Shown here one piece after another: positions 1-13,706 of a stretch of 64,000 nucleotides of DNA (position 1 is the first letter of the stretch; every line of letters starts with the position of its first letter). The notes beneath the pieces are model-generated. The model had not been told where the DNA came from, ran no database searches, and was given only the letters and a program-made list of their open reading frames with translations. Origin of the DNA: Octopus vulgaris (lineage: Eukaryota); NCBI GenBank assembly GCA_951406725.2, contig OX597823.1, positions 85,002,001 through 85,066,000 of the forward strand. The letters are read 5' to 3'. The position numbers were made by a program, and so were the translations under genes.

Positions 1-279
1 CATATTGCTGCCTTAAACAAGGGAGATAACCGGAACGAATAAGACAAGATATTTTATCGAACGCTCTAACTATACCATCACCCTTCGTAATATTATGAAT
101 AATAACATTTGCAGTTTTACTTCAGGTACATGGACAATAATTTTAAGTAGAAGGGATTAATCAATATCATCCACTCCATTATTAGAACGGAACTGTTTTA
201 TCGACCAATGAAGAATAAAGGCAGTGCGAACAGCACCAGTGGGAGTAGTAGTAATAGAGGTTGTAATAGCGGCAGTAGC

Positions 280-281
<2 letters not shown>

Positions 282-374
<93 letters not shown>

Positions 375-381
375 ATTATTA

Positions 382-455
<74 letters not shown>

Positions 456-466
456 TGTAGTAGCAG
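282..466. repeat. (TAT)n followed by (TAG)n microsatellite
   Basis: Direct reading; explains the poly-I/L/N/V ORFs. Confidence 0.95.
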
Positions 467-550
467 TAGCTGGAACAAATGACATGAAGCAATTTTTCTG
501 ACGCTCCAAAGGGTCTTCCTGGCCACCCTCTGAAATAATTGTATCTATTT

Positions 551-735
551 TAGGCACAAGGCCGACAGATTTGAAAGTTGGCGGTAAGTCGATACCATCA
601 CCACCTTACAGTAACTTGAATATTAATTTCTTAACCCCCACCCTCCACCCGAGATTATGAAAGCAAAATCGACTTCTTTGGGATTTGGAGGCAGAACCTA
701 AGACCGGACATTTTAACGATTCTGCCAATCTATTG
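551..735 (-). mobile_element. SINE family A, degenerate copy
   Basis: taggcacaaggcc...aagtcgat...aacgattctgcca, colinear with better copies in this window. Confidence 0.6.
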
Positions 736-807
736 ACACATTCTCAAAAAAAAAAAAAAAAAAAAAAAAAAACAAACAAAAAATTAATAATGATGTTGAT
801 TTCAGAT

Positions 808-1008
808 TTAGGCACGAGGCAACAAATTCAGTGAGGAGAGTAAGTCGATTACATCGACTCCAGTGCTCAACAGGTACTTATTTTGTCGACCTCGAGACAT
901 GAAATTAAAGTTGCCCTCGTCGGAATTTGAACTCAGAACGCAGGGACAGACGAAATGACGCTAAGTATTTTGCCGAGCGCGGCAACGATTCTGTCAGCTC
1001 GCCACCTT
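808..1008 (-). mobile_element. SINE family A (tRNA-derived)
   Basis: Reverse complement starts GGTGGCGAGCTGACAGAATCG with B-box-like GAGTTCAAATTCC; matches more than 10 copies in the window. Confidence 0.85.
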
Positions 1009-1031
1009 ACTACTACTACTACTACAACTAT

Positions 1032-1078
<47 letters not shown>

Positions 1079-1092
1079 ATAATAATAATAAT

Positions 1093-1393
1093 GTTTGTCC
1101 CTTCTCGAGCCATGCCTGGCTCATAGGGCCGGTTTCCAGGTTTCCTTGTCATATAGGTTCCCCACCTGGACGGAACGCCAGTTCGTTGCAGGTGAGCTGC
1201 AAGATGCAGGAGAAAAGAGTGAGAGAAAGATGTGGCGAAAGTGTCAGCAGAAGTTCGCCATTACCTTCTGCCGGAGCCGCGTGGAGCTTAGGTGATTCAC
1301 TCATAAACACACACATCGCCCGGTCTGAGATTCGAACCCGCGATCCCTTGACCGCGAGTCCGCTGCCCTAACGACTAGGCCATGTTCCTCCAC
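1093..1393 (-). mobile_element. SINE family C (tRNA-Arg-like head), body X + tail 1
   Basis: Reverse complement: TGGCCTAGTCG (A box), GGACTCGCG (TCG anticodon-like), GGGTTCGAATCTC (B box); homologous to 56660-57033 and 51855-52102. Confidence 0.85.
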
Positions 1394-1403
1394 AATAATA
1401 ATG

Positions 1404-1452
<49 letters not shown>

Positions 1453-1453
<1 letters not shown>

Positions 1454-2105
1454 GTCGACAGAGTGGATGGAGCCATTTCCTATATCACAAACGAATACCC
1501 TAGACTTGCCCAAAACCATTACAGGTTGTGGCGACACGCCCTGGTAGTGAAAATGCTACTTTGGAAACTGTGTGAAATGTGGGGGCTGGAGAGCGGCAAG
1601 ACGTGGTGTGAGCAGAAATCGCAGAGATTGGCGGAGTCAGGGACGAGAAAATCCTCTGGGATTTTCCAATCTAAATCGATCAGGTGCTACAGCATAACCG
1701 GCCGGATATGATTGTGGAAAGATGCACCACATATGGTATATAGCTGATGTTTCATGCCCCTTTGACCCACGAATAGTCAAGAAGGAAGGCGAAAAGATAA
1801 ATAAATACAACTCTCTTAACTACGAAATAACCTGGCAATGGAAAATGAAGAAAGTGAAGATATTGCCATTTATTTTTCGGTCCTTGGTGAAAGTATCAGA
1901 AAGCATGAAGGAGAGTATAAAGGAAATTGAAATAGAGTGCCCAGTTGAGCTTACAAAAGGTTTGCCCCCTTAGCACAGCCAGAATAATCATGGAAGTATT
2001 AGATAGCTGAAAAGAATAGATAGCATGGTATTGAAGGCAGCAAGTAGTAAACCCGGTACGCATGCAAGATTCCAGGAGCTCCAAGAAACCTGTGATAAAG
2101 AGAAA
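1453..2105 (+). mobile_element. 5'-truncated R4/Dong-clade non-LTR retrotransposon (decayed zinc knuckle + restriction-like endonuclease)
   Basis: Frameshifted peptides ..PRLAQNHYRLWRH..LWKLCE.. and YIADVSCPFDPRIVKKEGEKINKY..KVKILP, typical of the RLE C-terminus; (AAT)n on both sides. Confidence 0.85.
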
Positions 2106-2120
2106 TAATAATGATAATAA

Positions 2121-2332
2121 TTCTTTCTACTATAGATAGAAGGCCTGAAAGTTTAGGGAAGGTATAGTCAATTACATCGACCTCAGTACTTGACTGGTAC
2201 TTAATTTATTGACCCCAAATGGATGAAAGGCAAAGCCGACCTCGGCGGAATTTGAACGTAGAACGTAAAGACGGACGAAATGCCTCTAAGCATTTCGTCC
2301 GATGTCCTAACTATCCTGCCACCTCGCCGACT

Positions 2333-2391
<59 letters not shown>

Positions 2392-2641
2392 ATAATAATA
2401 ATAATAATAATAATGATAATAATAATAATAATTCTTTCTACTATAGGCACAAGGTCAGAAATTTGTGAGGAGGGGATTAGTCGATTAACCAACCCCAGTG
2501 GTACTTATTTTATCGAGCCCGATAAAAGGGATTAACGGCAAAGTCGACCTCGGCAGAATTTGAACTCAGAACGTAGAGGCATGCACGCGAAATACCGTTA
2601 AACACATCGCCCAGTGTGCTAGCGATTCTACCAGCTTGCCA
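2121..2641 (-). mobile_element. Two SINE A copies (2121-2333, 2432-2641) separated by (CTA)n(AAT)n
   Basis: Both contain gacctcggc(g/a)gaatttgaac and the family tail. Confidence 0.85.
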
Positions 2642-3790
<1,149 letters not shown>

Positions 3791-5082
3791 GTAGTAGCAG
3801 CCATGGCAGCAGCAGCAATATCAGAGGCAAATAACAAAGTTTATTGATTATAAACATTAGTCGTCTTTGACTCATCCTTAATTAAATTATTCTATCTAAC
3901 AATAGATTCAATTTTCTCCTTGTTTTATTAATTATGCCATTTATCAGCTCCTATCTTTGTGAAGTATTCACTTCGGATAGTTTAATTTCCTGATAATTAT
4001 TATCTCCTTCCAGGTTTTAAAATTTCACTTCTCTCTTTCCCCTTACTGCTCTCTCTCTCTCTTTCTCTCTGCCTGTCTCTCTCTCTCTCTCTCATGTTTC
4101 TCTTTCCTCTATTCTCTCTCTCACCTTTTCTGTCTGCTTTCGTCTACCTTTCATTCTACTTTCACTTTCATTTTTGAATGTAAATCAAAAGTTGTTTTAT
4201 TCTATTTTATTCCGTTTTTTTTCTATTATATTTTCTTTTTTTCTCCATTTTGTTTCTATTTCTATATTTTACTACGAATTATGATTCAATTTATTGATTT
4301 CATTAGGCTTTAAATACTTTTTTCCTGTTTTGAGATCGATACAGTTTTCAGCAATTTATCGTCTTTTATGCTGTATTCTTTCTTTTAAATTCTTTACTCT
4401 TTTCTGTTTAGTCCAACCTTCTCGCCTTCTCTGTATTTTCTTTTTCATCTCCAGCAATTTACTTCTAAAATAAGTTTCTGCCATCAACGTATAGAACATC
4501 CTCCAGCCATACTTTTAAAATATAACCAATATATATGCACATAGATTCATACATACATGCATACAATGTATACATAATACGCACACAGACACACTCACAC
4601 AAACACATATGTATATGTATATAAATATATATATATGTATGTATGTATGTATACATATATATATATATATATTTATATGTATATATGTATATATATGTAT
4701 GCATGTATGTATTTACACTCACTAGCCTTCATTAATATCTCTTCGAATACGCATTTAGACACTTAAAGTTATTTTGTGGATGATTGAGCTGGAGATTCTA
4801 TTTCTTAACATTTTAAGCTTTTAAAAAAAATATTTCCCTTGTAATTACGACAAAAAGCAACAAACAGCAACAACAACAACAACTGCAACAACAACAACAA
4901 CAACAGCAACTACAAAGAACTTAGTTACTGTTTATTTTAGGATAACGCAAAAACAATATGAAAGCATGTGTCGGTGGAATTAAATGATATCACGTGATAT
5001 TAATTGCTTTCCTGCTGAAGAAGAATCAGAAATATTCAGAGAGCTGTGTAGCAGAATTAAATTTGTTTCATTTGCATTACAG

Positions 5083-5106
5083 ACGACGTTCAAGTGGACT
5101 GGGAAT
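5083..5106 (+). CDS. Candidate 24-nt frame-preserving microexon
   Basis: tttgtttcatttgcattacAG|ACGACGTTCAAGTGGACTGGGAAT|GTaagg in non-repetitive DNA; no stop in any frame. Confidence 0.4.
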
Positions 5107-5256
5107 GTAAGGTTTATTAGTTAATCCAGGTGTGGTGCGCGCTCATTCTGTTTCCAGTCAAGCGCAGTAGCGCACTGTAAAATATATTTAGGTGCTTAAT
5201 GAACCATGTCGCTTAAACGTACATAGCACCCGAGGAGAACCACTGCATATATATAT

Positions 5257-5348
5257 GGCACCTTGGGCAAGTGTCTTTTACTATAGCCTCGGCTCGTCCA
5301 AAGCCTTGTGAGTGGATTTGGTAGACGGAAAGTGAAAGAAGCCTGTCG

Positions 5349-5384
<36 letters not shown>

Positions 5385-5635
5385 AGTATATGTATGTGTG
5401 TGTGTGTGCGTGCGTGTGTGTCTGTGTTTGTTCCCCCACCAACGTTTGACAACCGATGCTAGTGTATTTACGTCCATGTCAATTAGCTACTCGGCAAAAG
5501 AGACCGATAGAATATATACTGGTATTACAGAGAATAAGTCCTGGAGTCGATTTGTTCGACTAAAGGCGGTGCTCCAGCATCGCCACAGTCAAATCACTGA
5601 GGCAAATAAAAGCATAAAAGAAAGGAATAAAAGTA
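5257..5635 (+). mobile_element. SINE family B, 5'-truncated
   Basis: ggcaccttgggcaagtgtc...internal (TA)(TG)n...ggcggtgctccagcat...tail. Confidence 0.85.
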
Positions 5636-5654
5636 TACACCCCCTCACACACAC

Positions 5655-5759
<105 letters not shown>

Positions 5760-5873
5760 ATATTTCGGAATGGTCATATTGCCAGTTTAGCCAATAAAAA
5801 CACACGCACTATATATTTGGTGTTATTTTGCTTCAGTGATATTTATTTTTTACATTAATCTTAATCTTATTTC

Positions 5874-5918
5874 GGCCAAAGTTCTTTCGTCACACTCCTG
5901 TGACCGCATCAGTGGTCC
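5874..5918 (-). ncRNA. Degenerate minimal hammerhead ribozyme motif
   Basis: Reverse complement CCA-CTGATGC-G-GTCAC-AGGAGT-GTGAC-GAAAG-AA-CTT-TGG; stems I and II pair, A9 position altered. Confidence 0.5.
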
Positions 5919-6162
5919 TTTGTTTTCTTCTCACTTACTTGTGTCTCTCCTTACTAACCGTCAGCCATTTTGTATTTCTATTGTATGTCTTCATTTGCGC
6001 ATGCTTATATCTCTATGTGCGTCTATGTTTATTTAGTGTGTGTGTGAGGGGGATGCCTGTAATATTTGTATCTTCATTCTTGTAATTTGTATTTTGTTTT
6101 TGTTGTTGTTGCTTTTGTTCTAATTTTGTTCATGTGTTTACATCCACCCATTATTATCATTA

Positions 6163-6332
6163 CATATGCTTGTATGTATGTATAACAACAATATTAGTGA
6201 TAATAATAATAAATCTAATTGAAAAAAAACATAATAAATACACAGATAATTAAAGAAATAGAAATGAATAACTATATATATGTATATGTGTATGTATATG
6301 TGTATATGTGTGTGTATATGTGTATATGTATA

Positions 6333-6421
<89 letters not shown>

Positions 6422-6481
6422 TCAATTAGATTTATTATTATTATTACTAATATTGTTGTTATACATACATACAAGCATATG
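6163..6481. repeat. ~68-bp inverted repeat bracketing a (TA)n/(TG) tract
   Basis: 6163-6230 atatgcttgtatgtatgtataacaacaatattagt...ctaattgaaaa is the reverse complement of 6414-6481. Confidence 0.85.
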
Positions 6482-7029
6482 GATAAGGAAATCTTAGATA
6501 TGCAATGCATTAAAATTTGGGGGGATTGCCATGGCTAGAAATCCTTTTAATGCAGGTTTACTGCTCAGGCTAACTGGGGCTACAATTAATGAGGTCGACT
6601 AGTTTAACATTCTCATTGGGAAACTTGGGTACGTGATTAATTCAGAAGGATTTTACTTATTTTGGGTTTATACCCTCAAATAATGATATTGTTATTATTA
6701 GTAGTAGTTGTAGTGTTTGTGTAAATAATGTACTCCATAAAAAAATGTAAACAAAACTGCTACAATTAGTTGATAAATATTTTAAAGCCAAGCTTTAACT
6801 GTAATTACCAGTAGATGTGATTCTAGGACCAGAATTCAATTCAATTTAAAAAGGTAATGCTATCACCTTCAACTGGCTACGAACGCAGGACGCATGTTTG
6901 AATCAGTTCACTTTGAAAACGTCGAGAGTGATGACTCATGATGAAATTGCAACGAAAAGGGAGCGTAATTGCATACAGGACAATGGGAAATCGCTACAGT
7001 CGAAACATATGTCGGTGGGTATTATATAT

Positions 7030-7240
7030 TCTCTTTTATTTCTTTCAGTCATTTGACTGTGGCCATGTTGGAGCACCGCCTTTAGTCGAGCGAAATGACC
7101 CCAGGACTTATTCTTTGTAAGCCTAGTACATATTCTATCGGGCTCTTTCGCCGAACCGCTAATTTGCCACGCTGCGGGACTGAACCCGGAACCATATGGT
7201 TGGTAAGCAAGCTACTTACCACACAGCCACTCCTACACCT
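7030..7240 (-). mobile_element. SINE B, internally deleted
   Basis: Tail joined directly to head at ccgctaatttgccacgc. Confidence 0.8.
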
Positions 7241-7484
7241 ATATGTTGTAGAAAATTTTTAATAAAAATGTTTTGTACGTGAATAAATCTCCACTCTCCG
7301 CTTCTTTATTAATAATGTACTCTACAGAATATTTCCAGTTCTGTATTGGAACACGGAACTAACTAACGAGTGAAGCTGACGAGCACCAGTATCTCTTTTA
7401 AGCTTGAGTATTGTATAATTGGACCGTTGCGGATGGCCGGTATCAATAACAATTTGTGAGATGGTACGGTATTCACCAAGATAA

Positions 7485-7715
7485 GGCGGCGAGCTGGCAG
7501 AAACGTTAGCACATCGGGCGAAATGCGTAGCCGTATTTCGTCTGCCATTACGTTCTGAGTTCAAATTCCGCCGAGGTCGACTTTGCCGTTTATCCTTTCG
7601 GAGTCGATAAATTAAGAACCAGTTACACACTGGCGTCGATGTAATCGACTTAATCTGTTTGTCTGTCCCTGTTTGTCCCCTCCGTGTGTAACCCCTTGTG
7701 GGTAGGAAAGAAATA
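7485..7715 (+). mobile_element. SINE A with 17-bp target-site duplication
   Basis: GGTATTCACCAAGATAA at 7468-7484 and 7716-7732 flanks a near-consensus copy. Confidence 0.92.
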
Positions 7716-7799
7716 GGTATTCACCAAGATAATTCATCCTTTTTATACTCTATTCAATATACATACATATCACACATACACACACAAACATATGTTTTT

Positions 7800-8540
7800 T
7801 TTTCTTTTATTCTTTTAATTGTTTCAGACATTTCACTGAATGTCTGAAACATGCTGGAGCACCGCCTTTAGTTGAAAAAATCGACCACAGGACTTATTCT
7901 TTGTAAGCCTAGTACTTATTCTAACGGTCTCTTGTGCCGAACTGCTAAGTTATGGGGACGTAAACACACCAGCATCGGTTGTCAACCGATGTTGGGGGTA
8001 CAAACACAGGCGCACAAGCATACACACACACACACACACGCACACACATACATACACACACACAAACATATATATACACGACGGGATTCTTTCAGTTTCC
8101 GTCTACCAGATCTACTCACAATGCTTAGGTCGGCCCGAGGTTATAGTAGAAGACACTTGCCCAAGATGGCCCCGCAGTGGGACTCAACCCGGAACCATGT
8201 TGTTGGTAAGAAAGCTACTTACCACAAAGCCTCGCCTGCGCCTGGCTACTAACCACATAGCCACATATAACTTTATTATATATGTATCTATGCGTGTGTG
8301 TGCGCGCGCGTAGATGTGTGTGTATCTTTGTGACTGTCTTTTGTTCGCCACCACATCGGTGTGGTATTTATGTTCATGTTACTTAGCTGTTCGGCAAAGA
8401 CACCGATAAAATATATATACCAAGCTTAAAGAATTAAGTACAGGGTCGAATTTTTCGAGTAAAAATTCTAGAGGGCGGTGTCCCAGCATGGCCACAGTCT
8501 AATGGCTGAAACAAGTAGAAGACAAAAAGTAAAAGAAAAG
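7800..8540. mobile_element. SINE B full-length (-, 7800-8245) and degenerate 3' half (+, 8290-8540)
   Basis: Similarity to other B copies; opposite orientations. Confidence 0.8.
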
Positions 8541-8662
8541 ATCAGTTAGCTATTAGCGGCAGAAGCAACCTTTATAATGATGTGACAGAGCCTCGTTAAT
8601 TTTCACTGATGGTTTCTCGCATTATAAATAGAGTAAAAATGCGATCGAAAACCAAGTAAAAT

Positions 8663-9095
8663 ATTCTTTTCTACTCTAGGCACAAGGCCCAAAGTTTTAG
8701 AGAAGGGGAACAGTCGATTATATCGACCCCAGTGCGTAACTGGTACTTATTTAATCGACCTCGAAAAGATGAAAGGCGGAATTTGAATTCAGAACGTAGC
8801 GGCAGACGAAATACTGCTAATCATTTCGCCCGGTGTGCTAACGTTTCTGCCAGCTTGCTGCCTTAGCCATGTAATATACTTATTTATTTATTGCTCATAA
8901 GGGGCTAAACATAGAGGAGACAAGCATGAACAGACAAAGGGATTACGTCGATTACATCGACACCCAGTGCGTAACTGTTACTTATTTAATCGACTCCGAA
9001 AGAATGAAAGGCAAAGTCGACCTCGGCGAAATTTGAACTCAGAACGTAACGGCAGACGAAATACTGCTAAGTATTTCACCCGGCTGCTCGCTGCT
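8663..9095 (-). mobile_element. Two tandem SINE A copies
   Basis: 8663-8865 and 8882-9095 share gaatttgaa(t/c)tcagaacgta..ggcagacgaaatactgctaa. Confidence 0.85.
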
Positions 9096-10489
9096 CTAGC
9101 TATGTAAAACATTGACGACATTCTGCGATTACGGATGACGATCACATTGAGGTGTGGTGCCTGAAACTTTCGTTTCAATATCCATCAAATTCTTAAAGAA
9201 TCAGGCGTCTTTAAAATTTCATTCCACATGATTTTCAATAATAAAAACAAAACAAGAAATAAAAAACAACAAAAAATCAAAACAAACAAAAAAACAACAA
9301 CGAAAAGAACTGGGGATTCATTATGTTGCTGCAAAATTTATTAACAAGGTGAGTACCTGTCACGCATAGTCAGGACATGTCGAATTCTGATAAATTCGCC
9401 GAATTCTGATAAAATGAAAACTGGGAAAAATCAAATAGATAATGAAACATAGATATATGTGGCTGCGATGTCGAATAAGAAAGTATATCGCCGCGATTAG
9501 AATAAGAACATAACTGTCTTAAACCTTAACGTGATGCAAGATGTGAGTTTTGAATGGAAGGGCGTTGAACTTCGTGTAATTGATCCACGTTCTCAGACCT
9601 TCAATAAAGAAATTTAGCTTGATACACTGAGGTGATTGGGAGAGAAATTCCGCAGGAAAGGGCGAGAGTTTTAGTCAAAACAAATCTAGATGCAGTACCA
9701 TGACCATTCCTATGCAGTAAAAGATTCTTCATTCACAGCCACCATTCTTCACCCAAAGGAATTGGCGCCGCAGTCTTTCTTATTTGTGCTTTGCTCCTAA
9801 AGTTAAAATCCATAACTTTTACGCCTTGTTCCTTTTATTTTGCTAGCACTCTTCTGTTAGAACAATTATAAGCAAGTCGTCTATAAAGACGTTCTATAAC
9901 ACAGTCATATTACAGATAAATCATATACAAACAGTGTAACATAGTGTGAAAAAACAGTAATAAATACGTAACGTTGAAAGAGATAGAAGGCTAAAAAATG
10001 CAAATGGAATGTAGGATGAGGTAACGAAAATTAAATATAATCTTTCTTTTTCTTGTTGTTACTGTTGTTCTTTTATCTGTCCTAAAAGTCCTTCTGTCTC
10101 TTTCAACGTCACATATACAATGCTCCAAGCAAACTTATAACATTTTGTTACGAATAAATCTATTCTGTTGAACATTATAGTAACGAAATGACACATTGTT
10201 GCGCAATCTAGCAGGAGAGAAATAGTGTTACATATCCAAATTGGTTTATCCAGTTTACTCTTGAGCCGCTAATATTAGTGGATTTATATCCAATGTATTC
10301 GTGGATATGAGAAGATACAAAGGTAGCATTGTCACATCCTATGTCACGTTGAATCTCACAGGAAACTACGTTAAGGGTACGTGTGTCTTTGGAGATGTAT
10401 GTATGTATGTATGTATGTATGTATGTATGTATGTATGTATGTATGTATGTATATATGTATGTATGTATGCATGCATGTATGTATGTATG

Positions 10490-10701
10490 TCTCTTCTATT
10501 TCTTTAATTATTATCAATTTTCCACTGAGGAGGGAGCCGGTTTCCAACAAAGATACAAAGTTCCATCTTTGGAATGTAGATATCACAGACAATTCCACAT
10601 TTCGAACTTCAGGAAAGTCTTGCATATTTTACTGTTACGCTCAAAGATTGCACAAATTAGCCTGTTTATTTCTCTTTTTGAAAATCCCAGTTTATCCAGA
10701 G
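10490..10701 (-). mobile_element. Extreme 3' end of an R4-like LINE within (TATG)n
   Basis: Reverse translation LDKLGFSKREINRLI...KICKTFLKFE parallels NLEKLGF...KFCKTFL at 60.5 kb; (TATG)n on both sides. Confidence 0.65.
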
Positions 10702-10757
10702 TATGTATGTATGTATGTATGTATGTATGTATGTATGTATGTATGTATGTATGTATG

Positions 10758-11420
10758 TCAGGTCACTTTCGAGTGCCACTGGTAACATGTAACCCAGTAC
10801 AACCTGTTGCATGGTCGGGCCGTCGGCGACTAAACCGGCAACCACACGAAGCATGCTTGGTGAGGAGGGTGTTTATTGGAAACCCTACGGGATGAAAAAC
10901 AAAACCCGTCAAAGGGCGGAGAAACTCTTGAGATTCAACCGCCATCCAATAAATGTGTAATTTTTTTTCTTAAGGCTGTATCATGGGCGGGGACATAGAA
11001 ATAATCAGACTGAATAGCCGATCGCGCGGTTAAACCATTGGGAGTGAATGACTCCTAGCCTTTGTTAGGGCATCCTTCTAGGAGAAGGTAACTCAGGTAA
11101 CTGGGATAACTCCGACATAAAACCTGCGGCTCAGTGGTTACCGATGATGTTGACTTGTTCTTCTTTTCGGATTATGGCTGCTGTTCCTTAGTGAGTGGGA
11201 TTGACTCAGTGCACAGCCTTTCCTCACTTTAAAAAAATTCTTCTTGCACAGGCATTGCACGATAACAACATTGTTCATGATTGTTGATGGTGCTGTGAGC
11301 CTCAACTGAATGGCTGGCTGTAGCCTTTAAAAGCAAATAAAAGTAACGTTCGATCACAGCACTAATAAGAGTTAAGCTTTGTGCAATGGCCATACTCGAT
11401 AACGAGGGAGTAGCCATCAA
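10758..11420 (+). mobile_element. Non-coding ~660-bp retroelement, possibly an RTE-derived non-autonomous element
   Basis: GC-richer block bounded by (TATG)n; motif ggcatccttctaggagaaggtaactc...aaacc resembles RTE-clade 5' UTRs (from memory, unverified). Confidence 0.45.
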
Positions 11421-12103
11421 GTATGTATGTATGTATGTATGTATGTATGTATGTATGTATGTATGTATGTATGTATGTATGTATGTATGGATGGATGTAT
11501 GTACGTACGTATGCATGCATGAATTTATGTATGAATATATTACTTTAATTTATTTTATCCATGGGGCTGAAGTAGTACTGGAGAACCCAAACATGGCTGT
11601 ATTTAGGATTTAGTACAAAATATTATAACTAGCTGGCCCCGTGCCAACAAAACTGTCTGCTAATTGTAGCATTTTATACATAAATAAGGTACAAAATAAT
11701 CACAGATACAAATATTCAAATACTTCCCTTGTACAGCACACACATACACAGATTTGAAGCGATGTTTGATTTGTCTTTTCGACGTTGAAAACCCATTTAC
11801 ATTGCACACACAAACGCACATACACGGGCAAACATTCACATGACTTCTTTTACATAGACCCATATACTCACGCAGAGTTGAAACGCTGTTTGATTTTTCT
11901 TTTAATCATAGAACTTCTATCATCCCAATACCAAGTTTGCTATCACCACTTCCTTTCTCATTCATATGTTGTAGGGGAGAAAGACACAAGAGGATTATTA
12001 CAGTAGATAATAATTATAATGTTAAAGATTATGATGATGCTGATGATGACGACGACGGCAGCAACAACAACAATAATAATAATGATAATGATAATCCTTT
12101 CTA

Positions 12104-13648
12104 CTTGCAGGTGAGGCCCAGTTAGAATATTCTTCTGGTCGAGTAGCCCATCCCGCCAAAAAAGTCCCTGAATAAGGGTTGTTTAAGGATGTTGAACGAA
12201 CCACCCATGTTTCCAAATGTGAATTATCCAAACCGCTAAGAGTTCCTGTCAACACATGGCTATGATGCTCCCCCACTACTTCTGCTTATGATCAGATTTG
12301 CACATATCGTCAGCCACTAAGGGACATGCTCAACTGGTTAGGGTCAAACAACTGACAAGCAAATCTGTGGTATCGAGCAGAATATTTGCTGTAGCCCATC
12401 TTTTATACCAAGACAAAACAATGTACATGATAACACTTCCTATCAGTTAAGATCAGAAGCCATGAGAGCCACTGCCTGGTACTGCATCACTTATTACTAT
12501 TATTATTTTTATTATTATTATTATTGAGTGAGAGAGCAGTTCATGCTATCAAAGTGACACTGGGGTAAAATATACGAAGCCCAATATACCCATCATGATT
12601 ACCCGTCTGATAAGGGTACACCAGGCACATGCATCACAACCATATGTGCGCGACATGATGATCTCATATCAAAATAAACAGCAGATGATCTTGCAGGTGG
12701 GGCCCAGTTAGAAATTTCTTCAGGCTGAGTAGCCCATCCCGCTCAAAAGGTTCCTGAATAAGGGTTGTTTAAGGATGTTGAAAGACCCACCCATGTTTCC
12801 AGAGGTGAATTATTCAAACCCCAAAGAATCCCTCTCAACACATGGCTATGATGCTCCCCCACTACTTCTGCTCGTGATCAGAGATGCACATATCGTCAGC
12901 TACTAAGGGACATGCTCAACTGGTTAAGGTCAAACAACTGACAAGCAAATCTGTGGTATTGAGCAGAGTATTTGCTGTAGCCCATCTTTTATACCAAGAC
13001 AAAACAATGTACATGATAACACTTCCAATCAGTTAAGATCAGAAGCCATGAGAGCCACTGCCTGGTACTGCATCAGGGCAATTATTATTATTATTGAGTG
13101 AGAGAGCAGTCCATGCCATCAAAGTGACACTGGGGTAAAATATACGAAGCCCAATATACCCATCATGACTACCCGTCTGATAAGGGTACACCAGGCACAT
13201 GCATCACAACCATATGTGCGCGACATGATGATCTCATATCAAGATAAACAGCACATGACCTTGCAAGTGGGGCCCAGTTAGAATTTTCTTCAGGTTGAGT
13301 AACCCATCACACTCAAAAGGTCCCTGAATAAGGGTTGTTTAAGGATATTGAAAGAACCACCCATGTTTCCAGAGGTGAATTATTCAAACCCCAAAGAATC
13401 CCTCTCAACACATGGCTATGATGCTCCCCCACTACTTCTGCTCGTGATCAGAGATGCACATATTGTCAGCCACTCGGGGACATGCTCAACTGGTTAAGGT
13501 CAAACAACTGACAAGCAAATCTGTGGTATTGAGCAGAATATTTGCTGTAGCCCATCTTTTATACCAAGACAAAACAATGTACATGATAACACTTCCAGTC
13601 AGTTAAGATCAGGAGCCATGAGAGCCATTGCCTGGTACTGCATCAGGG

Positions 13649-13650
<2 letters not shown>
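12104..13650 (-). mobile_element. Three head-to-tail copies of a non-coding element (570-bp period) separated by (TAA)n
   Basis: Copies 12104-12489 (partial), 12525-13080 and 13095-13650 are highly similar with scattered substitutions; TTA runs at each junction and at 13651-13710. Strand inferred from the (TAA)n tail. Confidence 0.9.

Positions 13651-13706
<56 letters not shown>

Noticed and set aside
1320-1393. tRNA-Arg gene
   Set aside because: A/B boxes are present but the acceptor stem does not close and the sequence continues into a SINE body.
7821-7850. Hairpin gtttcagacatt..aatgtctgaaac as a terminator or ribozyme
   Set aside because: Local quasi-palindrome conversion within a SINE B tail.
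12104-13650. CRISPR array, U2 snRNA or HDV ribozyme reading of the tandem repeat
   Set aside because: Units are 570 bp with no unique spacers; the U2 resemblance is only ~12 nt (cctggtactgca); no complete HDV pairing found.
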